Part shown: one piece after another, positions 1 to 11,401 of the stretch | How positions within the stretch are numbered: the first letter of the stretch is position 1 | Layout: each line of letters opens with the position of its first letter | Assembly (NCBI GenBank): GCA_047495785.1 | Contig: JBLDXI010000021.1 | Span: 1,674,001 to 1,738,000, forward strand | Length of the DNA stretch: 64,000 bases | DNA from: Lepidodermella squamata | Lineage: Eukaryota > Animalia > Gastrotricha | Direction of reading: 5' to 3' | Program-made: the position numbers and the translations under genes | The notes under the pieces: model-generated | What the model was told of the DNA's origin: nothing | The model's input: only the letters and a program-made list of their open reading frames with translations | Databases searched by the model: none

Positions 1-408
1 AATAATCATCGCCTCTTTCTCGGTGAACTGCAGTTTTCTTTCATAGCGTTTTTAGTGTGTCAGAACTACGACAGCTTTGAACAATGGAAAAAAATTGTTG
101 AATTAATCTGCAGCTGTGATCGAGCACTTGCTAACAATGTTCAGTTCTTTCTTGACTTTCTTAAAGTTTTGTACTATCATTTGAAAGAAGTTCCATCTGA
201 CTTCTTTGTTGACATTGTTTCTGCTGACAATTTTTTAACAGTCACTCTTCACCGATTTTTCGTCAACGTTGAGCAATCTACAGATGCACCGCGCGAATTG
301 AAACAACGCGTCGAAAAGTTCAGGAAATACGTAACCGAACAATTCAAGTGGGATTTCACTTCTGAGCTTCCTGAGGATCAACCGGTGGTCGTTGATTTAT
401 GCCAATGA
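1..408 (+). CDS. AAR2: AAR2 splicing factor (U5 snRNP assembly), 3' part; gene starts before the window
   Basis: Reads LGELQFSFIAFLVCQNYDSFEQWKK...LYYHLKEVPSDFFVDIVSADNFL...FKWDF..E.PEDQPVVV, which resembles the AAR2 C-terminus. Confidence 0.9.
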   Translation, partial: NNHRLFLGELQFSFIAFLVCQNYDSFEQWKKIVELICSCDRALANNVQFFLDFLKVLYYHLKEVPSDFFVDIVSADNFLTVTLHRFFVNVEQSTDAPRELKQRVEKFRKYVTEQFKWDFTSELPEDQPVVVDLCQ

Positions 409-450
409 ATTTTCTACCATGTGATTTCAATTTATCCATTTATTCAATAG

Positions 451-1793
451 ATGATTTTATTTATTGTATTAATAACGATATCGATCACCTCTAGCAAAGC
501 GATCGATTTGAAATGCCGCGACCTGGACGGCAACGCTGTTGATTGGTACACGAGCATCAAGCTGCCGAAAATAACCGATAACCACGCTTGGCCTGAAGTG
601 AAAACTGGTGCAGCATTGGTTTACCAAGACGTAAACAATCCTGGTTCTTGGAAACGCGCCTCGGCGTTGATCACTGACGAATCATCGCATATTGCCAAAA
701 CAATTGCCCCAATTTACTCAGGGAATCCGAACGTGACTTACCTATTGTACAACGATCAGCCTCCCCCGGATAGACAAAATTACCTCAACAAGGGCCATGC
801 AAAGGGTCTGATTATTTTCAACGAGAATTCCGGTATTTGGCTTGTTCACTCTGTCCCTGGTTTTCCACCTGCTGCGACGGGGGGTGCGTCTTACAGCTAT
901 CCGTCTTCCGGTCACTTATTTGGTCAATCTTTCTTGTGCTTGTCATTGTCTTCATCTCAACTGGAAGCCATTGGTAATTGCTTTGAATTTTTCTAAAAAT
1001 AGTCTCTAATTTTACTTTCGTTCTAGCGACGCAACTTTACTACAATAATGTTCACGTCTATGATAAAAATGTGCCTCAGGCAGTGCTCGATCGATATCCT
1101 CACCTTCGCGAAACAATTGAACGCACGAGCCCCCCTAAAGCACCCTACACATCGACATTGACGATCACTACATCTGGCGGTTTTAGTTTCACATCCTTCG
1201 CTAAAGATGGGCGATTTAAACAGGATTTGTATGATCAAGATGTTGCGCCTGTGCTGAAATCCGATCTCTCTGTCGAATCATGGCGAAATGGTAACGGAAA
1301 CATCCCATCGGATTGCAATGGAACATTTTCAGTGATGAACATCAACACCATCCACTTCGACGCCCCGGCAGAGTTGGATCGTGATGTAATGTATGAAACG
1401 AACAACGACCATTCAAAGTGGGCTGTTACTACCTCTGCTGATAACCCTTGGTCTTGCATCGGTGACATAAACCGTCAACTCGGTCAGTTCAAACGAGGCG
1501 GTGGAACTGTTTGCTTGAAGCATCCAAGGGTTTGGAAATCATATTTTGACCTGATCTCTGGTGTTGATCCTTGCGATAAGCCCTCAAATCGCGCGACATC
1601 ACCCAAGCCGAAAGTTCAGAAGAAACGAGGCGGCAAGAAAAAACAGTCTGGTTCAGATAGTGAACTGGAGATCACCCGCAACATTGATTCTGTCGACTAT
1701 GCCCGACGCTGCCGCTATAAATCTGACGGCACTGTGTCATGCCGTAAGGTTTCCGGAAAATTTAGCCTCGAAGTGAACGAAATCGGGTTCTGA
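451..1793 (+). CDS. DNASE2: Deoxyribonuclease II (lysosomal acid DNase), 2 exons (intron 974-1026)
   Basis: Signal peptide; motifs CRDLDGNAVDWY, LYNDQPP, GHAKG, WLVHSVPGFPP, GQSFLCLSL, DHSKW, CIGDINR, KRGGGTVC; a 53-nt GT-AG intron joins the two ORFs in frame. Confidence 0.95.
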
Positions 1794-1984
1794 TCTCCCG
1801 TCACTCAACTCTTTCATCGTTTTCCCTGCTTGTTTTTTTCGCTTCTTTCTTGATCAAGTTTTGACGATTTTTTTTAGCTTTAACTGTTGAAGTTTTGATC
1901 TAATCATTGACTTGCCGGTTATTAAAATTTTGTAATGTTTAACGCATTTTTTTGTTCTAGTAATTTTGAGATTACCATTTAATA

Positions 1985-2242
1985 ATGGGTGGACACGGTG
2001 ACGATGCCGCTTACAAGTTCACTGGCTGGCGCCAATATTACAACTCTTACACCAGCAAGGGCCGATTTAACGTGAGCTTGAAACAGGATTACCTATAGTA
2101 TGCGTTGACGAACATTTTCTATTTTCAGATCGTCGTGAGCACATGGTCTATCCTGATCGGAGGTATCCTTTTCATGAAAATGAAGCCTAAAAAGGCTGTG
2201 GAGGCCCCGAAAGCTACAGCGGCTGTCAAAGCGCATCATTAG
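1985..2242 (+). CDS. ATP5MK: ATP synthase membrane subunit k (DAPIT/USMG5), 66 aa; exons 1985-2071 and 2129-2242
   Basis: Spliced product MGGHGDDAAYKFTGWRQYYNSYTSKGRFNIVVSTWSILIGGILFMKMKPKK... resembles the DAPIT motif Y.FTG...YFNSYT..GR.N followed by one TM helix; 57-nt GT-AG intron. Confidence 0.9.
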
Positions 2243-2534
2243 ATAAAACCCCGTGCGAATCGACCCGGCTTGATGAACATGAATAAAAGTCCTTGATGAA
2301 AACATCCGATCTTATGATAGAAGTTTCCTGTATAATTTCGAAGTTCTCGCTGACTGCCACCGTTTTAGGCAAAATAATTCAGTGATATGCTGGATATCTT
2401 TAGATTATTCGATTTCGACCCACTGAGTGAATGAAATAAAATAAAAGGAAAAAAGATTGCGAAGAGACTTGTTTACTTCTCGTTTATTTATTTTGGAATT
2501 TGCACAGAGATGAGCAATCAAAACAAGGAAGACC

Positions 2535-3669
2535 TCAGAATCGGGAGACAGTTTGTCGCATGGACTGCGCTTCAGCGCGACCGCGAAGCTGTTCAGTCTC
2601 TTCATCATCATATAGAATTTCGGCGTGGGGCCGTTTGCGTTGCTGCTTCCGAGATTTTTTAGACTTGCCGCCAGCGGAAGTGGATGGTTCATCTCTTCCG
2701 ACAATTCGCTCAGGAATGTCTTCCATATCTTCATCTTCGCTGCTTGTGATGTCCAAATCGTCACCGGCAACGTAGTGAACGCGGCCCACCTCCTCGTCAT
2801 CTTCCTCATACTCTTCTTCTTCCTCGGACATGTCTTCGGCTTCATAATCGGATTCTTTTTCCGATTCTTGTTCTTCAAGAACGTGCTCGAAAGCTTTCTC
2901 AGGAAAGTTGACAATAGCTGTTGTCTAAATCAGGGAAAACAATAGGTAATTCACAGCAAGATAGAGACCACCTCTAAACTTACGTCTTTTCCGTGTAGTC
3001 TTTGAGCTAATTGCTTTTCGATCGCTAAATCGAGGCGCGCGGCAATCAAAGCTTTCTTCTCACGACTTTTCTCACGGCGTTCAGCTTTAGTACTGACCGG
3101 TACAATCGTCTTCTTTGATGTCAACGTAAGTTTGCGGATTCGCATAAGGTACTGCTGAATTCGAAGATATCGCTGCTTGCATTTGTGACGAATGAAACTG
3201 AAATAGATCGAAATGAATTCTGAATCATGTCAAAGAAGATGAAGATTTTGAAGTGATTTCAAGAAATTGCCAAGTTGAACTAAACAGACGCCAAACAATT
3301 GAAACTCACTTTGGCCAATAAATCAGATGTTCGTTTATTTGCTTTATTGCTTTGGTGACATTATTCGACAGCTTTAGCTTCTCCCAAGTTTTCCCAGGGA
3401 AAGCTGCGCGTTCGACAACTTTGACGTAGAGATAGCATATGCCGGCCTCTTCACGAACCGTCGCGTATTGACTGTTAGCTAGCGGACAACAACCACGACT
3501 GCAGAAACCAGTCAAGTTGTACTGGTTTCGGCAAAACATGTGTGTTTTGGTTCTGGTTTGAAAATATTAATAAGAAAGATTTTTCCAAGGAGATCGTCAA
3601 GACTTACTTGATTCGATAGGAGCAATGAGAGCCATTTATGACGCTCCAAATTACGTCGTCGTGCTGCAT
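2535..3669 (-). CDS. MAK16: MAK16 ribosome biogenesis protein (multi-exon)
   Basis: MQHDDVIW...[27 protein letters not shown]; [17 protein letters not shown]; [18 protein letters not shown]; acidic C-terminus ending EILYDDEE. Confidence 0.95.
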
Positions 3670-3810
3670 TTTTTAGTGGTAAATGCAATCCTAATTGAGA
3701 CAGAATTGATGTTTGAAAAATATAAATAGTGACATGTTTGCTTCGAAAAAAAGTTATCATCATTATCATCATCATGAAAATCGGCGGTAATAAGTCAAGT
3801 CAAAATAACG

Positions 3811-5845
3811 TCATCTTGGAATGAAAACTGGGCCCTGCGAGGTGTACACAACCGTATGTTGCGGCGGCGACTGTTGCTGCTGCTGCTGCTGCTGTTGTTG
3901 TTGTTGCTGCTGCGGCTGCTGTTGATGGGCATGGGGAATCATTGGTTGTTGCACCTGGTTTTGCATGGCCTGGGCAGCAGCAGCCTGCATGCCAGCTACA
4001 TCAGGATCTTGTTGCACTCTAACAAGCTTGAATGGCAAAGAACCATTTCCACTCGGATCTTGGAATGCCAGCGGGTTCATCTGATTCATACCTAAAAACC
4101 AAAAGGACTTTATCGTTTGTGATTTCTTCGGTCTGATCTACTCACCGGGCGCGACTCTCATGGGCAGTGATTTGACAGACGGGAACAGCGAGAATAAGTT
4201 GCCTGCAGCTGCAGCAGCAGCCGCAGCGGCTGCTTGCTGCTGGGCGGCGCTGAACGACGCCAACAGTCCTTGCGACATCTGAGAGGTGAAATTCATCGAC
4301 GCGCCCGAGTTCATGGCATGGCGGTAGAAGGAGGCAGACGCATCACTGAGCACCGGCATTTTCGGAATATCTCCAAAATCAACAACAGGGGCCTCGACTT
4401 GATGGCGATTGTGCTCGCTGGCCATCAATTCATTAGCCATCACTTCCATGGCTTGTTTTGCTTCTCGTTCAGCTTCATCTTCCGCGGAAGGTTGGTGCGG
4501 CGCAGGTTCAGCCGTTAGTCTCTCAGGTGAGATTTCATTCTTGGGAACAACCGGCGAAGTCAAGAGGGGGAGGCTAATTTGAGCAGGATTTTCCGACGCA
4601 GCTTTTGCATTGATTTCTTTCTTCGTCTTTTTCGGTTCCGATTTCGTCGGTGGTTTCTCATCGTCATTCTTGCCCTTTCGTTTTCGAGCGGCTGCCGACT
4701 TCGAATCCGTTGGACTAGTGATCGGAGAAGTGACTACTGAGCCATCATTCTTCTCCCCGAATTCATCTTTATGATCATCTTTCTCTTCATGAAAAACAGG
4801 CCGGGGCGGGTCTTCGAAAGTAGCTGTGGATTGCGGTTTCACTTTATCCCCCTTGGCTTCGGAAAGCGACGCGCGGTGCCGCTTTCTCGGGTCGAGGTTG
4901 CTCGGTAAATCCGTCAACTCTAATAATTTTACGCCATTACCGACTGGGGTCATGGAATGCTGACGATTTCCAGCCATCGAAGAAGCATAGGATGACGAAG
5001 GCTGGAATCTAGACGACGGCAAAAATCCGTCTCCCCCTTTAGCACCGCCCTCTGACGAATCCGAGGTCATCTTCTTGGCAAAAGACCGCATTTTAATAGG
5101 TACAGTGGACATGCTCGACGGCGCTGTTGTGTTACTCATGCTTCGCGATGACCCAGCCAGATCCGTTGATTTTTGCACCAGCTGAGCGCGTAATTCGGCA
5201 GATTTCGGTTTTCGACGCAGGGCAAAGTGCTTAACCAACTGATGGTGGGGTAGAAGCGTTGGCAAGTTAGCGGCTGCACCGGCTTGAGGCGACATCAAAC
5301 GGGCAGCACTCGAAGAAACAGCAGAGCTGTAAAGGCTCGTCGCTGTCGCCCTTGTCATATACATAGCATCAAGAGGAATGACATTAGGCTGGCTATTCTG
5401 CTTGTTGCTTACTACGACGAAAATCAATTGAATTCAGCTAAAGGTACAAAATATGATGTAACTCACGACTCGAAACAAGACTTTTATAAGCCGCAGCACA
5501 GTTCGGGTCAGGCAAACACGTTTCATTCAGACAGCCACGTTCTGGAAGAGTCGAGACAATAGAGGAAATAGATCGAATCCATGGATCTGAATCGTTCGTG
5601 CCAAGCTTTATCAACTCTGACAGTTCACTTTGAAGCTAAAAAGGTATATTTCACAACTCAGATCAACTGAATTAGCGAGAGAGTACCTCGGCGTAAGACC
5701 TCAAAGGCAAATGAATAAATGAAGTAAGAATTTTAATGCGCGTTCGGGGCTCCAGATGACCATATGTTTTTATCAACCCTCGCAGCCGATCAGAAGTCCA
5801 CGATGAGGCGCCAAAGTTTTTAGTAATCGCAGCATCATGTTCCAT
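3811..5845 (-). CDS. NELFA: Negative elongation factor A (NELF-A/WHSC2), 4 exons
   Basis: Spliced N-terminus has IKILTSFIHLP, LIKLGTNDSDPWI, IPLDAMYM and VKHFALRRKPKSAELRAQLVQKST, matching NELF-A motifs (DSDPWV; KHFQLKRKPKSATLRAELLQKS). Confidence 0.88.
3870..3925 (-). repeat. CAG/CAA microsatellite encoding poly-Q in the last NELFA exon
   Basis: (ctg/ttg)n run on the plus strand translating to a Gln tract on the minus strand. Confidence 0.9.
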
Positions 5846-6078
5846 TCGTATTTTTAATAATTAAACCCTACATCAAACAGGGCTAACAAAATACAGTTTC
5901 CACTTTATTGCTGGATAAAAACGTAACAACGTGCTAAAATTCGTTGACCATTCGAAGATAAAACACCGGTGCATTTCGGCTGGTAAATCAAGTCTCAACG
6001 GTAATATACAATAAATATCGACAAAATCTAACACACCCCAGAGCTATAAACAAGTACGAAATAGCAACCATTAAATGG

Positions 6079-7677
6079 TTACAATGGTAAATATGAAAAG
6101 CTAGTTGAAGCCGTGTAAAAGCCAGACTCGACTTTGGTGTTTCGGAAATGTTGAACCAACTTCAAGCGACTATCACGTAACCGGTACTGAGTCCACATGA
6201 CTATCTGCAAAGCCGCGCAAAAGATAGGTACCCATACAATAGTTTGAAAAATAGCCTCCTGTGACATGGCTACTGTAGATGAATGCGGCGAGTCGGGTGC
6301 TGAAGTTGCAATTATATCCGCCTTCTCGTTGGATGATGCCGATAGATATGAAATCAAGGCGGTTCCAATGATTGGAGCCAACGTTTGTCCCGGTTTCGTT
6401 ACAAGTGACACCGTGCCGCTGATTAGCGCAGCTACCGGATACGGCCTTCGACTGATCACGCAATCTTCGTCAACGAGTTCACTCAGCACAAGGTTTAAAA
6501 CCTTGCAAAGACCTTCCGTAAATATCCGGTTGCTAAAATAAGAAGCAAATGATCTTAAATTTGGAAGAATAAGATAAGATTCTTTTGGAACTAACCATGC
6601 AACGAATAGGACCAACAATGCCATACAGCCTCTGCCGCAAATAAGCAGAAGAATCGGGAATATCAGCTTCAGATAAAACAGAGCCCTCACAACTTTATAG
6701 GTGCCATGCCGTTTACACAAATGAGTCAGATACAAGTTGTTAAAATGAGGCGCAATAAATGAGAGGGCAAGAAGGATTGAGCCCAAAACGGCATTAGTGC
6801 TTGTTTTCAACAGACTATCAAGGATCAATGGAAAGAAACTGCTGTTGAAATGGCAATGGAGCACTTGAATGAAGTCCATGGCGGAAAACCAAAAGAAATT
6901 CGGATTCTTTCCCAACTGTTTCAGAAACGAAAGGGGCGAAGCCTTTATTTCAGCGCCATCAGATGCCTGCAGCTGAGACTTGGCCTCATCACTTTCGTTG
7001 ATCAATAAACTTTGCTTCAACTTGGAAATAATCGTTAAAAAGCCAGCTAAACTAGCCACGGCGATTACGGCACAATACCAGCGGAACATTGCCGGATTAG
7101 CTGGATCCCAAATTATGTAAGAAATAAAAACTGTCGATGCCCCGAAACATGAGAATAGTGCGTTGTAAAAGTTCAAGTCGGCGCGGTCACCTGTCGAGGT
7201 GGTAAGATCAACTAGCAGGCCGGTGTGGTGTAGTTCGATTGTAGTTAGCCCAGTATCGTAGACACAAAGTGCGACTAGTAGCTGGAACGCTGACAACTGT
7301 GAAGGAAGCGGGAGCCAAAACAACAAAAACGATATCGCTAGAAGGGGATACGCCCACGACAGCGCTTGAATGCGACGAACAACAACAAGTCTCGACTGAG
7401 GAGCATCTCCCGATGTTTGCAGGAGGCCTGGAATAAGCAGACAATTAAAATTCGAACAAATGACGTCTGAAAACTAACTTTTATCGCTGATCCATCCAAA
7501 TAAAGGATCGTTAACACTATTCCAAACCAGGAAAACCAGCTCTATCGCCCAGAATGCCCATAGATTTACTTTGACTACAGATATGTAGTAGTCGATGTGA
7601 TAGAGCAGAAATGTATTATGTAGAATGGTGGTGAAGAAAGTGAGAGATCCATATAACAGAGCCGTTGACCTCTTCAT
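6079..7677 (-). CDS. MFSD13A: MFS transporter TMEM180/MFSD13A
   Basis: [74 protein letters not shown]. Confidence 0.9.
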
Positions 7678-7836
7678 CAACGATAAAAGCCTATGCAGAA
7701 CGAAATTGAAATTTTGATCAATAAATTGTTTCAATAATATGACATGCATTGTATCAAATCAAATGAGGTCATTGATCACCAGTGAATCAGCAATAATTGA
7801 ATCGTTTTAAATCTATTCCGATAGTAGGTCTTTAGT

Positions 7837-9835
7837 TTATATGCGTTTACGCTTTTTGTCTTCAATGAAAGCATTAGCAGCAAGAACACCTGGAGTGCCC
7901 ATAACCCCGCCACCTGGATGAGTACCACTGCCACATAGGTACAACCCAGCGGCTGGTGACCTCACTGGAATTCGCGAGAAGTACAATTGATCGAGAGACA
8001 TTTCACCGTGGAAAATATTGCCACCAGTCAATCCGAATTCACGCTCTAAATCAGCCGGGCACAACACTTCGTAACCGACGATACTCGACTTGAAACCAGG
8101 CGCGTATTCTTCGATTTGATCGAAGCAACGCTGAGCATACGTCTCCCTAGTAAACCCTTCAGGCATTTTGTAAGGCGCGAATTGAGTGAACAGTTGGATG
8201 ACATGGCAGCCTTTAGGAGCCAAAGTTGGATCCAACGACGACTGGATCGTCATTTCAATCAATGGACGATCTGAAGCCTTTCCTAATAAGGCATCTGTGT
8301 ACGCCTTTTGGAGCTGCTCCATAGTTTCTGAGTTTAGATGAGCCGTGGTCTGGTGGTGTGGCATTTGTGAGTCCGCATTCGGCGAAGTCGGGTCGGCAGT
8401 GAAATTCGGTAACGCTTTCGCGGCGACTGATGATTCAAAAAGTTTTTGTATATATACTCAAGACTGAAAATAATTACTGTTGATTTTAGCTACCCCAGAC
8501 TCGTAACTAATTCCCTTGACACGCTTGATAAAGCGATCCGGTAGTTGATTTTGTTTAATCAAGTCCAGGTATGTAACTTTAGGAGTGGCATTCGAAAACA
8601 CTGCTTTCGCCTGAATTAATTTACCGCCCTCTGTTACGATTCCAACAGCACGCCCGTCTTTGATTTCGATAGATTTGACAGACTACGGAACACATTTTTT
8701 GCGAGCTGTGGCTTCGAAAAATTAATTATTACCTGGTTAGTGAAAAGAGATACCCCGCGGTCTGTGGCAACCTTTCCCAACTTGCTTGTCAGACCTCCCA
8801 TACCGCCTTCAACATAAGCCCAGCAGCCTTTGCGACCACCTGCTCCTCCCATGACGTGGTGCAACAACACATAACCAGATCCAGGAGAGTGAACACCCAA
8901 CATGGCGCCAATCATGCCATCAGTTGCAATTGAAGCCTTTAACACTTCAGATTCGAACCAATAACCAAGCACCTTACTAATCGGCGCAGTCAGCAATTCG
9001 TAAATGTCAACCGGTGACATATCTTTTCCCATGTGCTTCGAGTATAAATGGTACATTGCGCGCAACTTCTTGGCTTCGCGCCATTTATCAGAGAGACGCC
9101 CGTGCAATAACCTATCGAAGTCCAACGGCTCCATGTCGAAAAAAATGGGCTCTAAGACTGCGCACATTTTCGTCAAGAACTCTTCGTACTTGATAAAATT
9201 CTCCGAGTCAGCCTTCGAAAACTTTGCTATTTCCTTAGCATTCAAAGCATCATTTTTGCCGAGCGTTAGGGAAGAGTGCCCATTTTGCTTTTTCAGCAGC
9301 GGAGTATATGAGTATGGATCGCGAAAATGAAACTTGATGTCATAGTTGTCAAGATTGAGGTCTTGCCAAATGCTTGGTCGTAGTAAGCTTAGGAGGTAAG
9401 AGGCTCTTGAAAACTTGAATCCGGGCACAATTTCCTCGGTAACAGAGGCACCTCCCACAATGTGTCGCTTTTCAAACACAGCAACACTGACGCCGGCTTG
9501 TGCGAGGTAGGAGGCCTTGAAAATAAAACACAATCCTTTTAGATTTTTTCAGTAGGGTATTGGATAGAAAAACTGAATGTAATTTAAAGTAGTTGATTTG
9601 CAAGCGGAAAAACGTTAAATAACATACAGATATCAACCCATTGTGCCCTTGAGAGGTGGATGAACGCACCACAAATATATTCAATGATTTACCAATTTAA
9701 AATAAATCGCGTACCTCCTCCCACGATAACAACATCATATGATGATTTCATTGTGTCCTGTGGCGTAGCAGAAAAACTCCGGGAAGCATTCCACAAAGCT
9801 TGTCGATGGGTGGCATTAACTACTCGTCTCAACAT
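7837..9835 (-). CDS. PYROXD2: Pyridine nucleotide-disulfide oxidoreductase domain-containing protein 2
   Basis: Spliced YDVVIVGGGHNGL FAD-binding motif, GGASVTEEIVPGFKFSRASYLLSLLRP, GYVLLHHVMG, GGNIFHG, LYLCGSGTHPGGGVMG; N-terminus resembles a mitochondrial presequence. Confidence 0.93.
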
Positions 9836-9890
9836 TTTTTATAAGTAACGCCTAAATTTTATATAAATTTTACATTACGAGACAACGCTA

Positions 9891-11401
9891 TCACGGCAGA
9901 AGTTTGGTGTAGTCATCAAACAGTTTGGAACGCTTCACGCCTTCCCAAGTTTTGGTTGCGAATTGGTGCCAAGTGAGTTCCGACATTGGTGACTTCAATT
10001 CACTAGAATAAAACGGAATGCGAGGCGATGAAAGAATTGAGCTTCGAACACATGAGCTAGCCCGGCGAAAACCGACTGGGTCGGCATGAAAATCCGGCAG
10101 TAATAGCAGATTAACATTATCACTTGGTATACCACTGGTTCTGGTATTACCCCCGGCACTAAACAGTTGCAACATCCTAGACCCACAACCTTCATTGAAG
10201 TTGAACTTGGACGACTCAAAACGAGAATGCAAGATGCGCTGCATATTAGTGTATGACGAATAGTTGAACAGCGATGATGGACATTTGTTGTAGAGGAAAA
10301 CCAATCGCGGCCAACCAGTATTTTTCGCTCGGTCAATGCCTGGTTCGGAAAATTGATATAATAGATAAGACAGCTTAAGGCAGTTTGAAACCTTGGTCAG
10401 CGATTGATGTGGCTAACATTGCGGGCGGCTCGGGTTTTATCGTTTCGGCGGTATGGAGCACTGATAACAGATTCTCGTCGATAAAGTAGTCGAGCACATA
10501 TACGATTACGTGCGAAATTGTACAATTAAAGCACAACATTTGTAGAGATTGCATTAATACGCAGCTTTCAAATGATGGATATTCGTATGCGATCTAAACA
10601 TTTTAAGCAGCCAGAATTGCGAAAATGCAGTCGAAATTAAAATTACCTTTCGATCGTAATGAATAAATTCATCTAAAACGGATGATGACAGTAGGGGCTG
10701 GTTGTCGATAATAATTATGCGTTCAGGAGTAACAAACAAATCACAAGCCACTGTTTCGTGCCGACCATTTAACCGTTTTTCAGCATCTAAAACATGGCTT
10801 GATGAGTCATACCCATCAAGATCAAATTAATATAAGGCATACCTGCCGTTTGAAATAGAAAATTATCATTGGCTTGGGCTGCTTCACAGCCGGTTAGCAA
10901 AGAAGCGATAAACGATTTTCCAACATTTTGACCGCCAACAACGCTAACCACCATGAAATCGGTCATGTCAGATAAATATTCAACGGCTGTCGTTAAACAC
11001 CAAATTCTTCTTCGAACATAAATTCATATTTCATTAAGCACCAACCTTCAGCCGACCAATGCCACTTGCTATCGACAAGTTTGACCGGCTGAGCCATCTT
11101 TCTAGGTAAGGAAAGTCTGCCATCAGAGCAAATCGTAGAAAGCCAATTGGATGATGGAGGTGGAGCTTCCTTTGATTGTTCATTCTTTTGACTAACATGA
11201 ATAGACTGTTGAGCACCATGAGACTGCAATATACGTGTAGGTTGTTCTGGAGCAGTATCTCTACTACAAATTGGAAAATATTAGCAAGATAGGAACAGAT
11301 GCATCTACAGCCAACCTTCTGCTGTGGTCATCATCTAACCCGGATTCATTTTGAAGCGAAGAACCACGAGTTAGAATCTGAGGAAACTTCGCACCATCCA
11401 T
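9891..11401 (-). CDS. SMG9: SMG9 nonsense-mediated decay factor (start position approximate)
   Basis: P-loop VVSVVGGQNVGKSFIASLL, DLFVTPERIIIIDNQPLLSSSVLD, NLLLLP, MSELTW...TWEGVKRS. Confidence 0.85.

Noticed and set aside
391-450. Possible intron fusing AAR2 to DNase II
   Set aside because: AAR2 has a normal C-terminus and DNase II begins with its own signal peptide
5857-5867. GGTTTAATTA on the minus strand upstream of NELFA, matching the start of nematode SL1
   Set aside because: Only 10 AT-rich nt; no remainder of the leader, splice donor or Sm site
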